A DNA stretch of 63,935 bases from a virus (taxonomy: Duplodnaviria > Caudoviricetes), in the IMG/VR virus record IMGVR_UViG_3300036793_000016, positions 1-63,935 of that record, one strand, 5' to 3'. Of the stretch, positions 37,701-46,742 are shown piece after piece. The position numbers and the translations under genes were made by a program. The notes below the pieces were generated by a model. It was not told the DNA's origin and ran no database searches. It saw only the letters and a program-made list of their open reading frames with translations. Within the stretch, counting starts at the first letter, position 1, and each line of letters starts with the position of its first letter.

Positions 37701-38516
37701 GACGAGGTGGGTGCGGCGCAGACCGCGTACGCCAAGGCGCAGGCCAACTACACCTACCAAGTCAAGGAGTACGGACAGAACTCCGCGCAGGCTGAGGCTG
37801 CCTTCGCGTCGACTATCCAGGCCCAGCAGGCGGTCCAAGCTGCCGCGCTCGCGCAGATCACGGCGGGTCTGGACTTGGAGATCGCCGAGCTGAACGCTCG
37901 CGGCGTCGGGCAGGGTGGTGACGCTGGCCAGGCGGCGGCGGGTGTCGCGGTACAGAAGGCTCAGGCTGCCCTCAACAGCTACCAGGCTGCGGGTGGTCAG
38001 ACCGGCACGGCGCAGAGCGATCAACTGCAAGCCGCTCTCGTCACGGCCCAGCGCAGCCAGTTCGACACCGCGCTCAACGCCCAGCTCGACACGCTGGACT
38101 TCCAGAAGCAGACGTACCAGATCACCGGTGCACAGGAGGTCGCGGCTCTCCAGCAGATTCTCCAGAACAAGCAGCTCACGCTGGCTGAGCAGCGCAACAT
38201 CACCTTGAAGATCAAGGGGTTGCAGGACGACATCCGCAACCAGCTCACCTCGGGCGGTCTCAACATCCCGTCCGACATCAAGCTGCCCACGGCCTATGAC
38301 GTGCGGCGCTCGCTTGGTGCTGGCTTCGCGGGCAATGCGACCTCGACCAGCGTGGTCAACAACAACCAGCAGGCCACGGTCACGGTCAACCAGACGCTGC
38401 CGAACGCGGCACTGGCGGCGGCGGTGGCTGCCTCGGTGATCGCCCTGCTCAACCAGCAGACCGGCCAGCAGGTGCGGGCCAACTCCGCGACACCACGACT
38501 CGTGCCGACGGGCTGA
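31791..38516 (+). CDS. Tape measure protein
   Basis: 2241 aa, Ala/Gln-rich helical, follows the frameshifted chaperone. Confidence 0.9.
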   Translation: MATNDFYLNFGSDANPFAKELATELAPGIAQINALTEAILKYDEAVGSLHTGNPLGNLFGQLDQASAKLESIGGELGTAFEKITTSLGTLTGQLRGALTEISQATRAAADAGKVKPPPPRTQATQVTDEELSPAKLAQTQRTVAVATTNGDAARNAVKRVADINATLARNAADSADQLIKLGEAIRSLTTMTKVSTRGVTEGRFQQNTVYVQGGGASAEHLGNVSPAVVQAVLAQAGIQEAQQAPVRDQAHQAQRDASDAQQRAQQLERAGFTAAAQPGLYQVPGETATRTVTNRINPGESFDDYFARVASNTQGLNRIRQEVVQRSESRVGIQGSQDIQDVQRLIGRRGLETLSGPEHAALNDGRTPGSIPTSTIRASVQSVLGPSNALTPEQYALVPQALAEFKAMQADFAALAKSDVASRISANPAETFAFAPERAPTEATTKAGRARGLGLSDPFGQVQDYRAAVSEYDLANPDNPGVGVRAAAEERIANGRANSRAYRPLNDGLNVRPETVVIGDTGRAPKAPADTTAKYDQMVEQEIAAAREARQAAEESGQAAVKITEAATKLEEVASGGGRGPRPPRPPRPPAGGSENEQPEEEPTGVSSPRATRRGQPYPTPESSPKVAELQAALDENTRAVLEDVKAKLPGLTGNARAAEIERAGTAFAADPAFGNIEGGVRNQRRSLGGLLGLNTGGADYQTLGNVLGAQGSGTAQLLGGRSNVSETQQAAEAEARYAAALAETEGKTVAETNAILRRFKAQEQLNAANAQGSTLQRASAQIGLNNADEDLSKTRASISARNTPQTLQQGLFGQAGFAQNQLRHVGLGLENVVGYTLVFTGFDKLQELAHTGLESDAAFVRLQASLEANGIAAGNLRTQLAGISASTATPLQHTIEAASELAGVFNNAADLAFGTKIAAQLANISQGTLTAKEAAVGLRDVIDAYAQDWAAAGVSAKDAIQQTGDEVARLSQTTGVGVKDILEGTTQFAQEAHDYHLDQNQAATIAAYASRATGETGEQSASQASRFLATLRNPKLQQILTTTQVPGERGANGAPVTVASAQQFASGDISGVLTSLLTNFDKLTPSSQAAIQQIAGVGIQARVFSAIMHDGTTILQQFTDAQNAAGALAKQNASYLHTVAGEIKQFDEDFQNLGNTLTRLGAFDSIGLLAKAADDLVKAFSAFFNLIADFADSNPLTKALLPALVVTGELAVAFKLLAGVGASVFGRAGLLTAVNASSVGSPVIGAGGVATGELVAAQYGRLSPGRILNGTLGAGARVTASDVATREEQVLSRGGLRGVAGSVIGLPGRAYRSVSGGISGIAAEQRASFVASEASRIEAEQAAAGFRYNSAGRAVSTTGIGSFVPVSSIPENLRGTPASLAEESTQSAARRIGAVAGDVGTRGVGALEKGLNSSLGKMIGLGAALAVVGVVADQIMAARAQDKADQKTGQITLGTLDGTQAAKDAAAKASAATGTNADPLSAIQQAGKRAGSAGGFATFGSRIISGDVTATDGFQGVSDKYSNDYIKLVLSQNKAIRALPKDASVDDINAAKAASDKDFQNQVDGLVKEAGNKNNQTQAIAELATLKERTDESYAKRLLVAQGLSGLDALNATQVGQLGTYYAQLSQYNNKTLSEIQGLNQSLQQDLGLTPGSAADKQSKIALGLPGSTQPAYTDGTTTNAEHAQTILPTDQERRDAEIASIKLGLAQDATRLADTTGQYATGGKGSAREALQQQDAQQAQLLQQLQTQNDTVAVNLPQTQATNALNVGNTADAVKYLNQTKTALQALIAPGGTYDSSQKEYYDTLAQIQDAQLKLAQLKYQESTDAAALEAAGSNDAATKARDAQIQANNNLQAAKDAGLQGTALAPYQQAQAAADLGARSTQQSITQAQLGAQFAGVRSGTGQARAAITEAAQRENAYRGGGSLADQASYYAAVQSYTQAQAQLRDALEADAQGAYDAASAIQKLHGDEVGAAQTAYAKAQANYTYQVKEYGQNSAQAEAAFASTIQAQQAVQAAALAQITAGLDLEIAELNARGVGQGGDAGQAAAGVAVQKAQAALNSYQAAGGQTGTAQSDQLQAALVTAQRSQFDTALNAQLDTLDFQKQTYQITGAQEVAALQQILQNKQLTLAEQRNITLKIKGLQDDIRNQLTSGGLNIPSDIKLPTAYDVRRSLGAGFAGNATSTSVVNNNQQATVTVNQTLPNAALAAAVAASVIALLNQQTGQQVRANSATPRLVPTG

Positions 38517-38527
38517 GAGGAAACACC

Positions 38528-39205
38528 ATGCCAGAGCGCATCGTTCTACGTCGGGACACGGCAGCCAACTGGGCCACCGCGAACCCGGTCCTGTACCAAG
38601 GCGAGCCCGCTGTGGAAACGGACACGCATCTGTTCAAGCTCGGGGATGGCTCCTCGGTCTACACCGACCTCCCGTACGAGGAGGCCATCGACGCCAGCTT
38701 CGTCGTCTCGGGCACGCTCAACATCGCACGCATCCCGAACCTGCCGACCACCAAGATCACGTCGGGCACCTTCGATGTCGCTCGCATCCCCAACCTGCCG
38801 GGCACCATCCTGGACAGCGACATCGACGTGGCCAACGTGCCCAACCTGCCGGGCTCGATCATCACCTCGGGCACGGTCGGCGCCAGCTTCATCGCCAACC
38901 TCGACGCGGCCAAGATCACCAGCGGCACGTTCGACATTGCCCGCATCCCGACTATGGACGCCGGTCACATCCCGAACCTGGACGCAGCCAAGATCACCAC
39001 GGGGGCGTTTGCGGCAGCGCGCATCGGTGACCTGTCGGCGGTCTACGTGCCCATCGACGCAACGGCCAGCGTCCCGTCGTTCGCCGGGGCCACCGCTACC
39101 AGCGCGACCGCTGGCTCACACGGTGACGTGCCGTCACAGGTGGTCGGCTACATCGACGTGCTGGTCGGTGCGACGGCAGCCCGAATCCCTTACTACGCCG
39201 CATGA
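38528..39205 (+). CDS. Tail fibre-like protein
   Basis: RRDTAANWATANPVLYQGEPAVETDTHLFKLGDG (Mtd/hyaluronidase N-terminal type); repeated IPNL..KITSGTFD.ARIP units. Confidence 0.75.
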   Translation: MPERIVLRRDTAANWATANPVLYQGEPAVETDTHLFKLGDGSSVYTDLPYEEAIDASFVVSGTLNIARIPNLPTTKITSGTFDVARIPNLPGTILDSDIDVANVPNLPGSIITSGTVGASFIANLDAAKITSGTFDIARIPTMDAGHIPNLDAAKITTGAFAAARIGDLSAVYVPIDATASVPSFAGATATSATAGSHGDVPSQVVGYIDVLVGATAARIPYYAA

Positions 39206-39327
39206 ACCCCGCCGCCATCCTCGCCCTGATCGGCGACCTGTACCAGCAGCTCGCCGATCTCAAAGTAGAGAACGCCGCACTGCAAGCGGCCCTAGCCAAG
39301 AAGCAGGAGGAGCAGCCCAATGACTGA
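39202..39327 (+). CDS. 41-aa coiled-coil protein (not in ORF track)
   Basis: ATGA overlap; MNPAAILALIGDLYQQLADLKVENAALQAALAKKQEEQPND. Confidence 0.65.
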   Translation: MNPAAILALIGDLYQQLADLKVENAALQAALAKKQEEQPND

Positions 39328-39793
39328 TTTCATTCTGGACGGCGGCGATGCCTTCTCGTTCTCGGGCACGACCCGGTGGATTTTCTACGACTACTGGAAC
39401 GCGGGCCCGACGCCCTACTACTACCAGTGGGAGATCAACCCGAGCGACGGCGGCTCGCCTGAGGTCAGCAAGAATATGGCCATCAGTCAGAATGTCGGGC
39501 CGAACCGAATGAACCTGGTGCAAGAAGGCCAGTCGGTGGTTCCGACACTCCAGTTCTCTGGCACGATCTTGACCCAGCACCAGTACGAGACGCTGGAGCT
39601 GTGGTTCGACCGGCGCGTGCTGATCGAGATGACCGATGACCTGCATCGCCAGTTCTACGGGGTGTTCTCGAAGTTCTCGCCCAAGCGCGTCCGGCGCCCG
39701 TACAACCCCTGGTATCACACCTACGATGCGGAGTTCGCCGTCACTGCCTACGTCAACGCTTCCGGACAGCGGGTCTACGGGCGGATTCTCTAA
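39320..39793 (+). CDS. Putative distal tail protein
   Basis: WEINP...LQFSGTIL...MTDDL pattern; position before the hub. Confidence 0.5.
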   Translation: MTDFILDGGDAFSFSGTTRWIFYDYWNAGPTPYYYQWEINPSDGGSPEVSKNMAISQNVGPNRMNLVQEGQSVVPTLQFSGTILTQHQYETLELWFDRRVLIEMTDDLHRQFYGVFSKFSPKRVRRPYNPWYHTYDAEFAVTAYVNASGQRVYGRIL

Positions 39794-42462
39794 TGCGCGA
39801 TCCGTCCAACGCGAGGTTCCAGAAGGTCCAGTCCCTCATGCGCAGCGGCATGATGGTCGGCAAGGACCGTCCAGTGTCGCGCTTCACCTGGGCCAAGCAG
39901 TCGATCCAGCAAGTGAAGTCGACCAAGAACGGCATGGGCACCGTCCGCTACATCAGCAAGGACTCGCGCCACAAGGAGTTCGAGTTCACGGGCGTGCGCA
40001 CCGTGGAGATTCAGCGGTCGATCGGCCAGGACGCGGCCACGTGCACCATCACGATCTGGAACACCCACGGGACCACCTCGCAGCCCGAGGGCATCGACAC
40101 TGCCGGGCGTCGTGGCTACCTCACGCCAGGACGCGGTGACCACATCCCGGCCTACACCAGCGTCTACTCCGGGATCAACACCGACTTCGGCATGACGATG
40201 GACAACCAGCAGTTGATCTTCCCGACCAACTGGGGCTACCCGAACAACATGTACCGGGATGTCTTCATCCCCAACACGGTCATTCGCACCTACCAGGGGT
40301 ACGGCTCTGACAACTTCGACATCATGGGCAACGAAATCTATGTCCACGATCCGAGCAGCGCGGGCTACGTCCACCCCAAGGACGACACCGCGCTCTACCA
40401 GACCGGCACGTGGCTGATCGACCAGGTGACTGTCGACGCGGTGGCCGACACGATCACGCTGGAGTGCCGCGACCTGGCCAAGCTCCTGATCGAGCAGTAC
40501 ATCTACCCGCCGCTCCTGCCGCTGGAACGGTTCCCGCTGATCTACTGCCCGGCCCACAAGGCGCTCGGCCAGCACGAGAGCATCGGCGGCAACGTCGCCA
40601 CGTACCACTCGGCCAGCACCGACGCGCACTACGGTTACAACGGCTCAGTGCTCGGCCACTATGGCTCGCAGGCGTTCGACGGCAACCCCGGCACGTTCTG
40701 GCTGTCCGGGCCCAACTCGGTGGCCAGCGACTACGAGTGGATTCAAGCTCGGATCGCCGGGCCCATCAACGAGATCGTGATCAACTGCTACGGCGGCAAC
40801 TACATCGCCTACATCTGCGTGCACGAGAACGGCTCCTGGCAAGGGGTCGTGCCGGTCTCGGGCAACACGGAGAATCTGACGGAAGGCGAAAGTCCTGGCG
40901 GTGGCGCCGGTGGCATCTACGTCGTCGTGCCGGGCGACACGCTGTGGGACATCGCGGGCCGCTACTACGGTGACAACTTCAAGTGGCCGATCATCGCCAA
41001 GGCCAACTCGAACATCATCAAAGACCCGCACTGGATTTACCCTGGCCAGCGTCTGTTCATCCCCTACGTCTCGGGCACCAATCTGCCGCCACCGACCGGC
41101 TGGCCCGGCACTGGCGGGACGCGCGTCGACATCAACGCGGTGATGAGCACGACGATCCCGAGCAGCGGTGTCACCACCGTGCAGCTCCCGCGCACCTATG
41201 ACGCCGACTTCCTGCGCATCGTCTTCACGACCCTGATCCCGAGCTTCGGCGCGGGGTCGCCGTTCCGCTGTGGCGTGATCGACATCAACGCGCGCAACCA
41301 CATCCCCGACACCTACGTGCCCAGCACGATCGGCATCGGCGGCAACATCACCGACTGGACCGAGCCCATCAAGGAGATGTGTGCCTGGGCCGGGCTGACC
41401 TGGGAGAACGCCTACCCGAACCCGTACGACCCGGTGATCGGCGAGGCCACCGACCAGCTCGCCATCGTGCAGCAGCGTGACGCGCTCGTGCAGATTCAAG
41501 ACGCCGGACATCTGACCGCCGCCGAGGAGACGAACATCGAGGCGCGCATCGCCGCGCTCAATGACCAGCTCGATGACACCGCTCGCGCACCGATGCGGGC
41601 ATGGGGCGACTTCGAGATTCTCGGTGCTGGCCCGGTGGTCTGCACCCCAGGCGACTACTTCATGTCCAAGAGCTTCATGGACGGGATTCGGCTGATCGTC
41701 GATTTCATCGGGGGCATCTTCTTTGTCGACGAGAGCGGCGGCGCGCAGTTCCGGCTGCCCAACATCTGGTCGGCGGGCAACTTCATCGACGACACCGACG
41801 CGCTCTCCACGCTGGGCGCCCGGACCAGCTCGCACCCGATCGAGTTCCACGAGGATGTGAACCTCACCAGCTACTCGACGGTCATCAGCGACGCCTCGGT
41901 GCGCTCGGAAATCCTCGTGGTGGGTGGCTATCCCTCGGCCACCTCCAGCGCGGCTCCGGTCGCCGGTGGCTATGTGCTGGGCTACGACTCGGCCAGCGGC
42001 ACCACCTCGGCCATCGACTTCACCGATGTGCTCGCGGGTCAGTATCGGATCATGATCGTGCCCGGTGACGCGACCAACCTGTTCTACACCGAGACCGAGT
42101 GCCAGCGGATGGCCGAGCTGACCGCGCTGTTCATCCTGTTCACCTACCGCCAGGGACAGGCCAACATCATCGCCCACCCCGGCCTCCAGCTCGATGACCA
42201 GGTGCGTATCTTCGAGCGGTCGACCTATGAGACGAACGTCCATTACGTCAGCGGCATCGACTCCAAGCATGACCTGGAGGCGGGCAGCTACACGATGACG
42301 TGCACCGTCCACTGGCTCGGTGGCGATCCGAACACCGAGTGGTTCATCAACAAGGCGACCCTCACGCCCGCCGTGCTCCAGCTCCCCGCCGTGCTCGCGC
42401 GGGTCGGCACGCAGGCCAGCGACACAGGCGCCGCGTTCGAGCAGCCACCGTATGGGACGTGA
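39793..42462 (+). CDS. Baseplate hub/Tal-like protein with discoidin-like and LysM domains
   Basis: WLIDQV...LECRDLAKLL; AFDGNPGTFW; LysM YVVVPGDTLWDIAGRYYG...IYPGQRLFIP; PGLQLDDQVRI. Confidence 0.75.
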   Translation: MRDPSNARFQKVQSLMRSGMMVGKDRPVSRFTWAKQSIQQVKSTKNGMGTVRYISKDSRHKEFEFTGVRTVEIQRSIGQDAATCTITIWNTHGTTSQPEGIDTAGRRGYLTPGRGDHIPAYTSVYSGINTDFGMTMDNQQLIFPTNWGYPNNMYRDVFIPNTVIRTYQGYGSDNFDIMGNEIYVHDPSSAGYVHPKDDTALYQTGTWLIDQVTVDAVADTITLECRDLAKLLIEQYIYPPLLPLERFPLIYCPAHKALGQHESIGGNVATYHSASTDAHYGYNGSVLGHYGSQAFDGNPGTFWLSGPNSVASDYEWIQARIAGPINEIVINCYGGNYIAYICVHENGSWQGVVPVSGNTENLTEGESPGGGAGGIYVVVPGDTLWDIAGRYYGDNFKWPIIAKANSNIIKDPHWIYPGQRLFIPYVSGTNLPPPTGWPGTGGTRVDINAVMSTTIPSSGVTTVQLPRTYDADFLRIVFTTLIPSFGAGSPFRCGVIDINARNHIPDTYVPSTIGIGGNITDWTEPIKEMCAWAGLTWENAYPNPYDPVIGEATDQLAIVQQRDALVQIQDAGHLTAAEETNIEARIAALNDQLDDTARAPMRAWGDFEILGAGPVVCTPGDYFMSKSFMDGIRLIVDFIGGIFFVDESGGAQFRLPNIWSAGNFIDDTDALSTLGARTSSHPIEFHEDVNLTSYSTVISDASVRSEILVVGGYPSATSSAAPVAGGYVLGYDSASGTTSAIDFTDVLAGQYRIMIVPGDATNLFYTETECQRMAELTALFILFTYRQGQANIIAHPGLQLDDQVRIFERSTYETNVHYVSGIDSKHDLEAGSYTMTCTVHWLGGDPNTEWFINKATLTPAVLQLPAVLARVGTQASDTGAAFEQPPYGT

Positions 42463-42465
42463 GAG

Positions 42466-42939
42466 ATGCCTACTCAGGGAACCGCAGGAATCCATGCCGC
42501 ACTGAATCGACAGGCGGGCCGAGCGAGGGAGAACAACCAAGCCCAACCCAGACCAGCTCGTGTCCGCTTCGCGGTCAAGACCCAAGGCATCGGAGAGAGC
42601 CGACTGATCGGCGCTTCGGCCATCGGGTTCGGTGCCAACATGCTGGACGAGCCCACGTTCTCCTGGGGGGTGGTGGCTCTGGACTCTCTCAAGGTCGGCG
42701 AGCTTCCCATGTGCACTGCGTCCGTGCTCAACTGGCAGACCACCGCTCAGGGCCTGTACGTCGGTGCGGAGGTCGGCTTTAAGGTCGAGTCCATGCTCTA
42801 CACGGTGAGACTCAAGTTCACTCTCACGTTCGAGGCGAGCACGATGCGGACGACCGTCGGGACCGGTACAACGACGATCACCGCACCGACATCCAACGAC
42901 TACAAGGGTGCGGCCACCTACCTACAGACGGACATCTAA
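42466..42939 (+). CDS. Minor tail protein
   Basis: 157 aa in the tail operon. Confidence 0.6.
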   Translation: MPTQGTAGIHAALNRQAGRARENNQAQPRPARVRFAVKTQGIGESRLIGASAIGFGANMLDEPTFSWGVVALDSLKVGELPMCTASVLNWQTTAQGLYVGAEVGFKVESMLYTVRLKFTLTFEASTMRTTVGTGTTTITAPTSNDYKGAATYLQTDI

Positions 42940-44235
42940 ATGGTCAACGTCATCGCCAACCCGCCGATCTTCGACACCGACGTGCCGACGAGCGAGAACT
43001 ACTTCACGCACACGATCGGCGCGAGCACTGGCGGCGCGATCCCGGCGCACAACTTCACCCATCCGTACGCGCAGCAGAACCCCGGCTTCATCGCGCAGGA
43101 CAACGCGCCGCTCGGCCACGGCCAGAACGGGCAGGGCATCTATGGGCTGACGTTCACCAAGGACGACAGCTACTACGGCTACTACGCGCTGCGGCTGGCC
43201 TTTCACAAGCAGTCGGGCAACGTGATCGACTACCAGACCGGGTGGCGCGTCAGCGATCCCGCGCTGGCCTCGACCACGCCGAGCAGCGGCGCTTTCGATT
43301 ACCGGACGTATGGCAACCTGGCGGCTCAACGGCTGGGCGATTACGTCTACGTGATCACCTGGAACTCGACGCGCACCGGCTCCATGCCGGACGGCTTCGG
43401 GTTCCCGACCAGGTTCGACACGAACGGCAACTTCAAAATCTTCAAGGTGGGGCCCTCGGGAAATCGGACGACCGTCCTTAATCAAACGATCAGCACGGTC
43501 AGCGAAGACCCGGCCATCGGAATCACCCAGTGCCCGCTGCCTGGGCTGATCAGCGGCTACGGCGCGGGGTCAGGCTCGCGCACCGAGCTGTTCGTGAGCG
43601 ACGACGCGACGCCGTTCATCTGGCACACCTCGGGCGACATCTCGAACCTCTGGGTCGGTGGCAACCCGGTGTGGACGTGCGCCTTCCAGGAGAGTGGTGG
43701 CTCGCCGGGAAGCTGGAAGGACAGCAACGACGGCAAGCATCACCTGACCGGCCAGATCGGCGCCTACGCCCAACAGAGCCATCTGCCAGCCGGGCAGTAC
43801 GGCTTCGGCCCCTACCTCGTCCACCCGTGGTCAGCGGGCAACTACGGTCCACCGGAGCAGTGGTACTTCATCTGCCGAGGCGCTGGCAAGCAGTGCGCGT
43901 TCGACATCTACCGCTCGGTCTGGGCGCGGGGTCAGTACGTGCGCGACTCCAGCATCGTGCTGGCCGACGACTCGGCGTTCATGGCCAACTCGCGCCAGTA
44001 TCCCGCAGGCAATCCGGACGGCTGGGCGTTCGACCACGACTGGTATCAGGCCAGCAAGAAGGTCGGCACGTGCGGGCCATTCCCGGACGCCGACGTGCTC
44101 AACCGAGCGGACGCCCACGGCAACTCGATCGTCTACCCGTACTTCCGGGTACTGCGCGACCGCAAGCGCATCGGCCAACTGCACATCGTCTTCGGCGACG
44201 GCAAGCCGATCAGCGGGGGAGGTGTGACCTTTTGA
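42940..44235 (+). CDS. Minor tail protein
   Basis: 431 aa, Gly/aromatic-rich. Confidence 0.65.
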   Translation: MVNVIANPPIFDTDVPTSENYFTHTIGASTGGAIPAHNFTHPYAQQNPGFIAQDNAPLGHGQNGQGIYGLTFTKDDSYYGYYALRLAFHKQSGNVIDYQTGWRVSDPALASTTPSSGAFDYRTYGNLAAQRLGDYVYVITWNSTRTGSMPDGFGFPTRFDTNGNFKIFKVGPSGNRTTVLNQTISTVSEDPAIGITQCPLPGLISGYGAGSGSRTELFVSDDATPFIWHTSGDISNLWVGGNPVWTCAFQESGGSPGSWKDSNDGKHHLTGQIGAYAQQSHLPAGQYGFGPYLVHPWSAGNYGPPEQWYFICRGAGKQCAFDIYRSVWARGQYVRDSSIVLADDSAFMANSRQYPAGNPDGWAFDHDWYQASKKVGTCGPFPDADVLNRADAHGNSIVYPYFRVLRDRKRIGQLHIVFGDGKPISGGGVTF

Positions 44236-44609
44236 GCTACTACGCCAATCCGGACCTCGACAACCTCTGGATCACGAGCACCGGCACCGATGGCAAGACC
44301 TGGAACGATCCGATCAAGGTCATCAAGAAGGCTGCCGACACCTACACCGATGGCACGCCGTTGCGCGTGACCAGCGGCTTCTACTTCGTGACGATGTGCG
44401 CCGTGCGGACCTACGACGACCTGATCCTGGTGGCCATCGAGCACATCAACACCAAGACCGACATCAACGATCCGGTGGGCTTCTACGCGGGCCCGCTCAG
44501 CTCGGGCGCTCGTGTTGCCCAGGTGATCATGAACTACCTCGCGGTTGGCGCCGGACAGCCAGACAAGTCCTCCGTCGTCTTCAAGGGCACCCGTCCGGAC
44601 TTCATATGA
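44232..44609 (+). CDS. Minor tail protein (TTG start)
   Basis: GGAGG at 44218-44222 then TTG overlapping the upstream TGA; MSYYANPDLDNLW... Confidence 0.6.
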   Translation: MSYYANPDLDNLWITSTGTDGKTWNDPIKVIKKAADTYTDGTPLRVTSGFYFVTMCAVRTYDDLILVAIEHINTKTDINDPVGFYAGPLSSGARVAQVIMNYLAVGAGQPDKSSVVFKGTRPDFI

Positions 44610-45262
44610 CCGACAACGTGGTGCTCCCGATCAGCAAGGCGCCGGTGGGTATGGGCGTGCCCAACCTCGGGACGCAAGTGCCGTTCTCGACATTTCAGGT
44701 CACTGCGCTCGGCGGTCGGGACACTCAGATCGCCAGCGCCTTCTCGGTGGATTTCCTTATTGCCGCGTGTCTGAATCTGCTGCTGGTCAAGAACACCGGC
44801 AACTCCTCGGGCGCGAGCCCGGTGCTCAAGGAGTTCATGCAGGAGAGCGGCTACGTCTACACGGTGACCCGTGAGATTTTCGACGACGGCGACAGCGCCG
44901 AGCACCGGGGCGGCAACGCCATCGACGTGGCCAGCACCGACCTGCCCTCGATCGCGCGGTTCCTGGTCCAGGTGCCCGAGCTGTTCCACTCGGCCTACTA
45001 CACCAACGTCGACTACGCGAACGAGAGCGTCTACATCCAGGACGGCGTGATCGTCAGCTCGTCGACTTTCCCGGAGGCGACCTCGGACACCATCCACCTC
45101 AGCTCATCGCTCCAGCGGATGCGCCAGGCCCTGCTGCTGACCGATGTGCGGGCGGCGTTAGGCGCGGCTGCGCTGAGTCCGTTCACCAATCGGGATGTCT
45201 ACGCGGCCCCACCCAGCACGCAGCTCGCCGCTCATGAGCCGCAAGGGGTGGACTTCTGGTGA
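44606..45262 (+). CDS. Hypothetical virion-associated protein
   Basis: ATGA overlap; SAEHRGGNAIDV...IHLS weakly recalls a peptidase M15-like H..G.A.D...H motif. Confidence 0.6.
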   Translation: MTDNVVLPISKAPVGMGVPNLGTQVPFSTFQVTALGGRDTQIASAFSVDFLIAACLNLLLVKNTGNSSGASPVLKEFMQESGYVYTVTREIFDDGDSAEHRGGNAIDVASTDLPSIARFLVQVPELFHSAYYTNVDYANESVYIQDGVIVSSSTFPEATSDTIHLSSSLQRMRQALLLTDVRAALGAAALSPFTNRDVYAAPPSTQLAAHEPQGVDFW

Positions 45263-45780
45263 CCCTTGCGACCGTCGAGATCATGGAGGCGATCGGCTAC
45301 GGGCCAGACTCTGAGACGCTGGCCCAGAGCCCGATCAACCTGATCGCCGTGGACCGGCACTCAGACATCTTCGCCCAGCTCCAGCGCAACGCTGACGGCA
45401 CGGCGGTGTACTCGTGCGAGCGGTGGCTCCGGCTGCGCTTCACGGGCGGCTCGATCGCAGCCAGCGCCGTGCGCTTCTGGATTCCGAATCTGTCGCCGAG
45501 GCCCGGCTGGGCGCTCTACTACGGCAAGAGCGAGACGTACCGGAAACCGACGAACGTCCGTTCCGACATTGCCATCTTCCCCGTGCCCACGGCGGACCCC
45601 GGCTACGACGCGCCGAACCTGTTCCCGTTCGCGGTGAGCACTTCGGTCGAGCTGGACACCACGGCCACCTTCACCCAGTACAGCCCGTGGTTGGTGCTCC
45701 AGACCCAGTGGCAGGCCGACAACGACGACACCTTTCAGGACACCGAGTGGGAGTTCGACTTCGCCTGGGATGAGTCATGA
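45259..45780 (+). CDS. Minor tail protein (paralogue 1)
   Basis: YSCERWLRLRFTG...YSPWLVLQ...FAWDES. Confidence 0.65.
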   Translation: MTLATVEIMEAIGYGPDSETLAQSPINLIAVDRHSDIFAQLQRNADGTAVYSCERWLRLRFTGGSIAASAVRFWIPNLSPRPGWALYYGKSETYRKPTNVRSDIAIFPVPTADPGYDAPNLFPFAVSTSVELDTTATFTQYSPWLVLQTQWQADNDDTFQDTEWEFDFAWDES

Positions 45781-46307
45781 GCGCAACGTTGCAGATCGTC
45801 GAGCGCATCGGCGACGAGACCGAGCTGCTGACGAGTGGTGGCTACGTGCACCTGCTCAACTCCGACGTGCATTCGCCGCAGACTCCGGACGGCTACTCAC
45901 CGCTGCTGCTCAGCCACCGGAACCCCTACAGCTACGAACGGTGGATCAGGGCGCGCTTCACCGGGACATATCTCTCGGTGCGTGCGACCAAGTTCTGGGC
46001 CGACAACCTGGTGGTGCCGAGCGGGTGGGCGGTCAAGTACGGGATCACCGACACCTGGGCGCCTCCGGTGGCCACGGCCTCCTCCATCGCCACGACGAAT
46101 GTGCCGAGGACTATCCCGAGCACCTCCAACGTGGACGACACGGGCGTGCTCACTGGACCTGGAGAGAACTACTCGAAATGGATCGTGATCCAGGCGCACG
46201 TGACCAACTTTTCGGCCATCACGCCTGGGCCACTCTTGGGAAGCACTGGAACCGAAGTGGTCATCCCGACGATGATCCACTACCACTTCGGCTGGATTGA
46301 GAGCTGA
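45777..46307 (+). CDS. Minor tail protein (paralogue 2)
   Basis: YSYERWIRARFTG...YSKWIVIQ...FGWIES. Confidence 0.65.
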   Translation: MSATLQIVERIGDETELLTSGGYVHLLNSDVHSPQTPDGYSPLLLSHRNPYSYERWIRARFTGTYLSVRATKFWADNLVVPSGWAVKYGITDTWAPPVATASSIATTNVPRTIPSTSNVDDTGVLTGPGENYSKWIVIQAHVTNFSAITPGPLLGSTGTEVVIPTMIHYHFGWIES

Positions 46308-46313
46308 GGAATC

Positions 46314-46742
46314 ATGGCCAGTGGCAAGTGTCAGTACCTCCAGCAGGCCATCGCGGACTTCATGCTGGGTCAGACCAGCTACACCCCGCCGACGGACCTC
46401 TACATCGCACTGAGCACCGCCGCGTGGTCTCGCACCGCGACCGGTGCCGGGTTCAGCGAGGTCAGCGCGTCAGGCACCGCGTACGCCCGCATTCACGTCG
46501 TCAATGACGGCACCAACTGGGGTGCTGCTGACTCCACCGGCCAGAAGGCCAACCTGCTCGACCTGGCCTACGCCACGGTGACCGCCACGTACGGCACGGT
46601 GCGCAGCTTTTACCTCTTGGACGGCAACGCCGGGACCAGCTCGGACCACTGCCTCTATGGCTCAGACATCACGCCCGTGGTCATCGGCACCGGCCCTGGG
46701 CCTGTCTTCGCGGCGGGTGCGCTCGTCGTCAAGGAGACGTGA
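46314..46742 (+). CDS. Minor tail protein
   Basis: LYIALST...EVS....YARI...FAAGAL, a common phage tail module. Confidence 0.7.
   Translation: MASGKCQYLQQAIADFMLGQTSYTPPTDLYIALSTAAWSRTATGAGFSEVSASGTAYARIHVVNDGTNWGAADSTGQKANLLDLAYATVTATYGTVRSFYLLDGNAGTSSDHCLYGSDITPVVIGTGPGPVFAAGALVVKET

Noticed and set aside
44227-44235. Possible frameshift at ACC TTT TGA joining 42940..44235 to the next ORF
   Set aside because: A GGAGG 9 nt before an overlapping TTG start explains the downstream ORF without recoding; not a canonical slippery heptamer.
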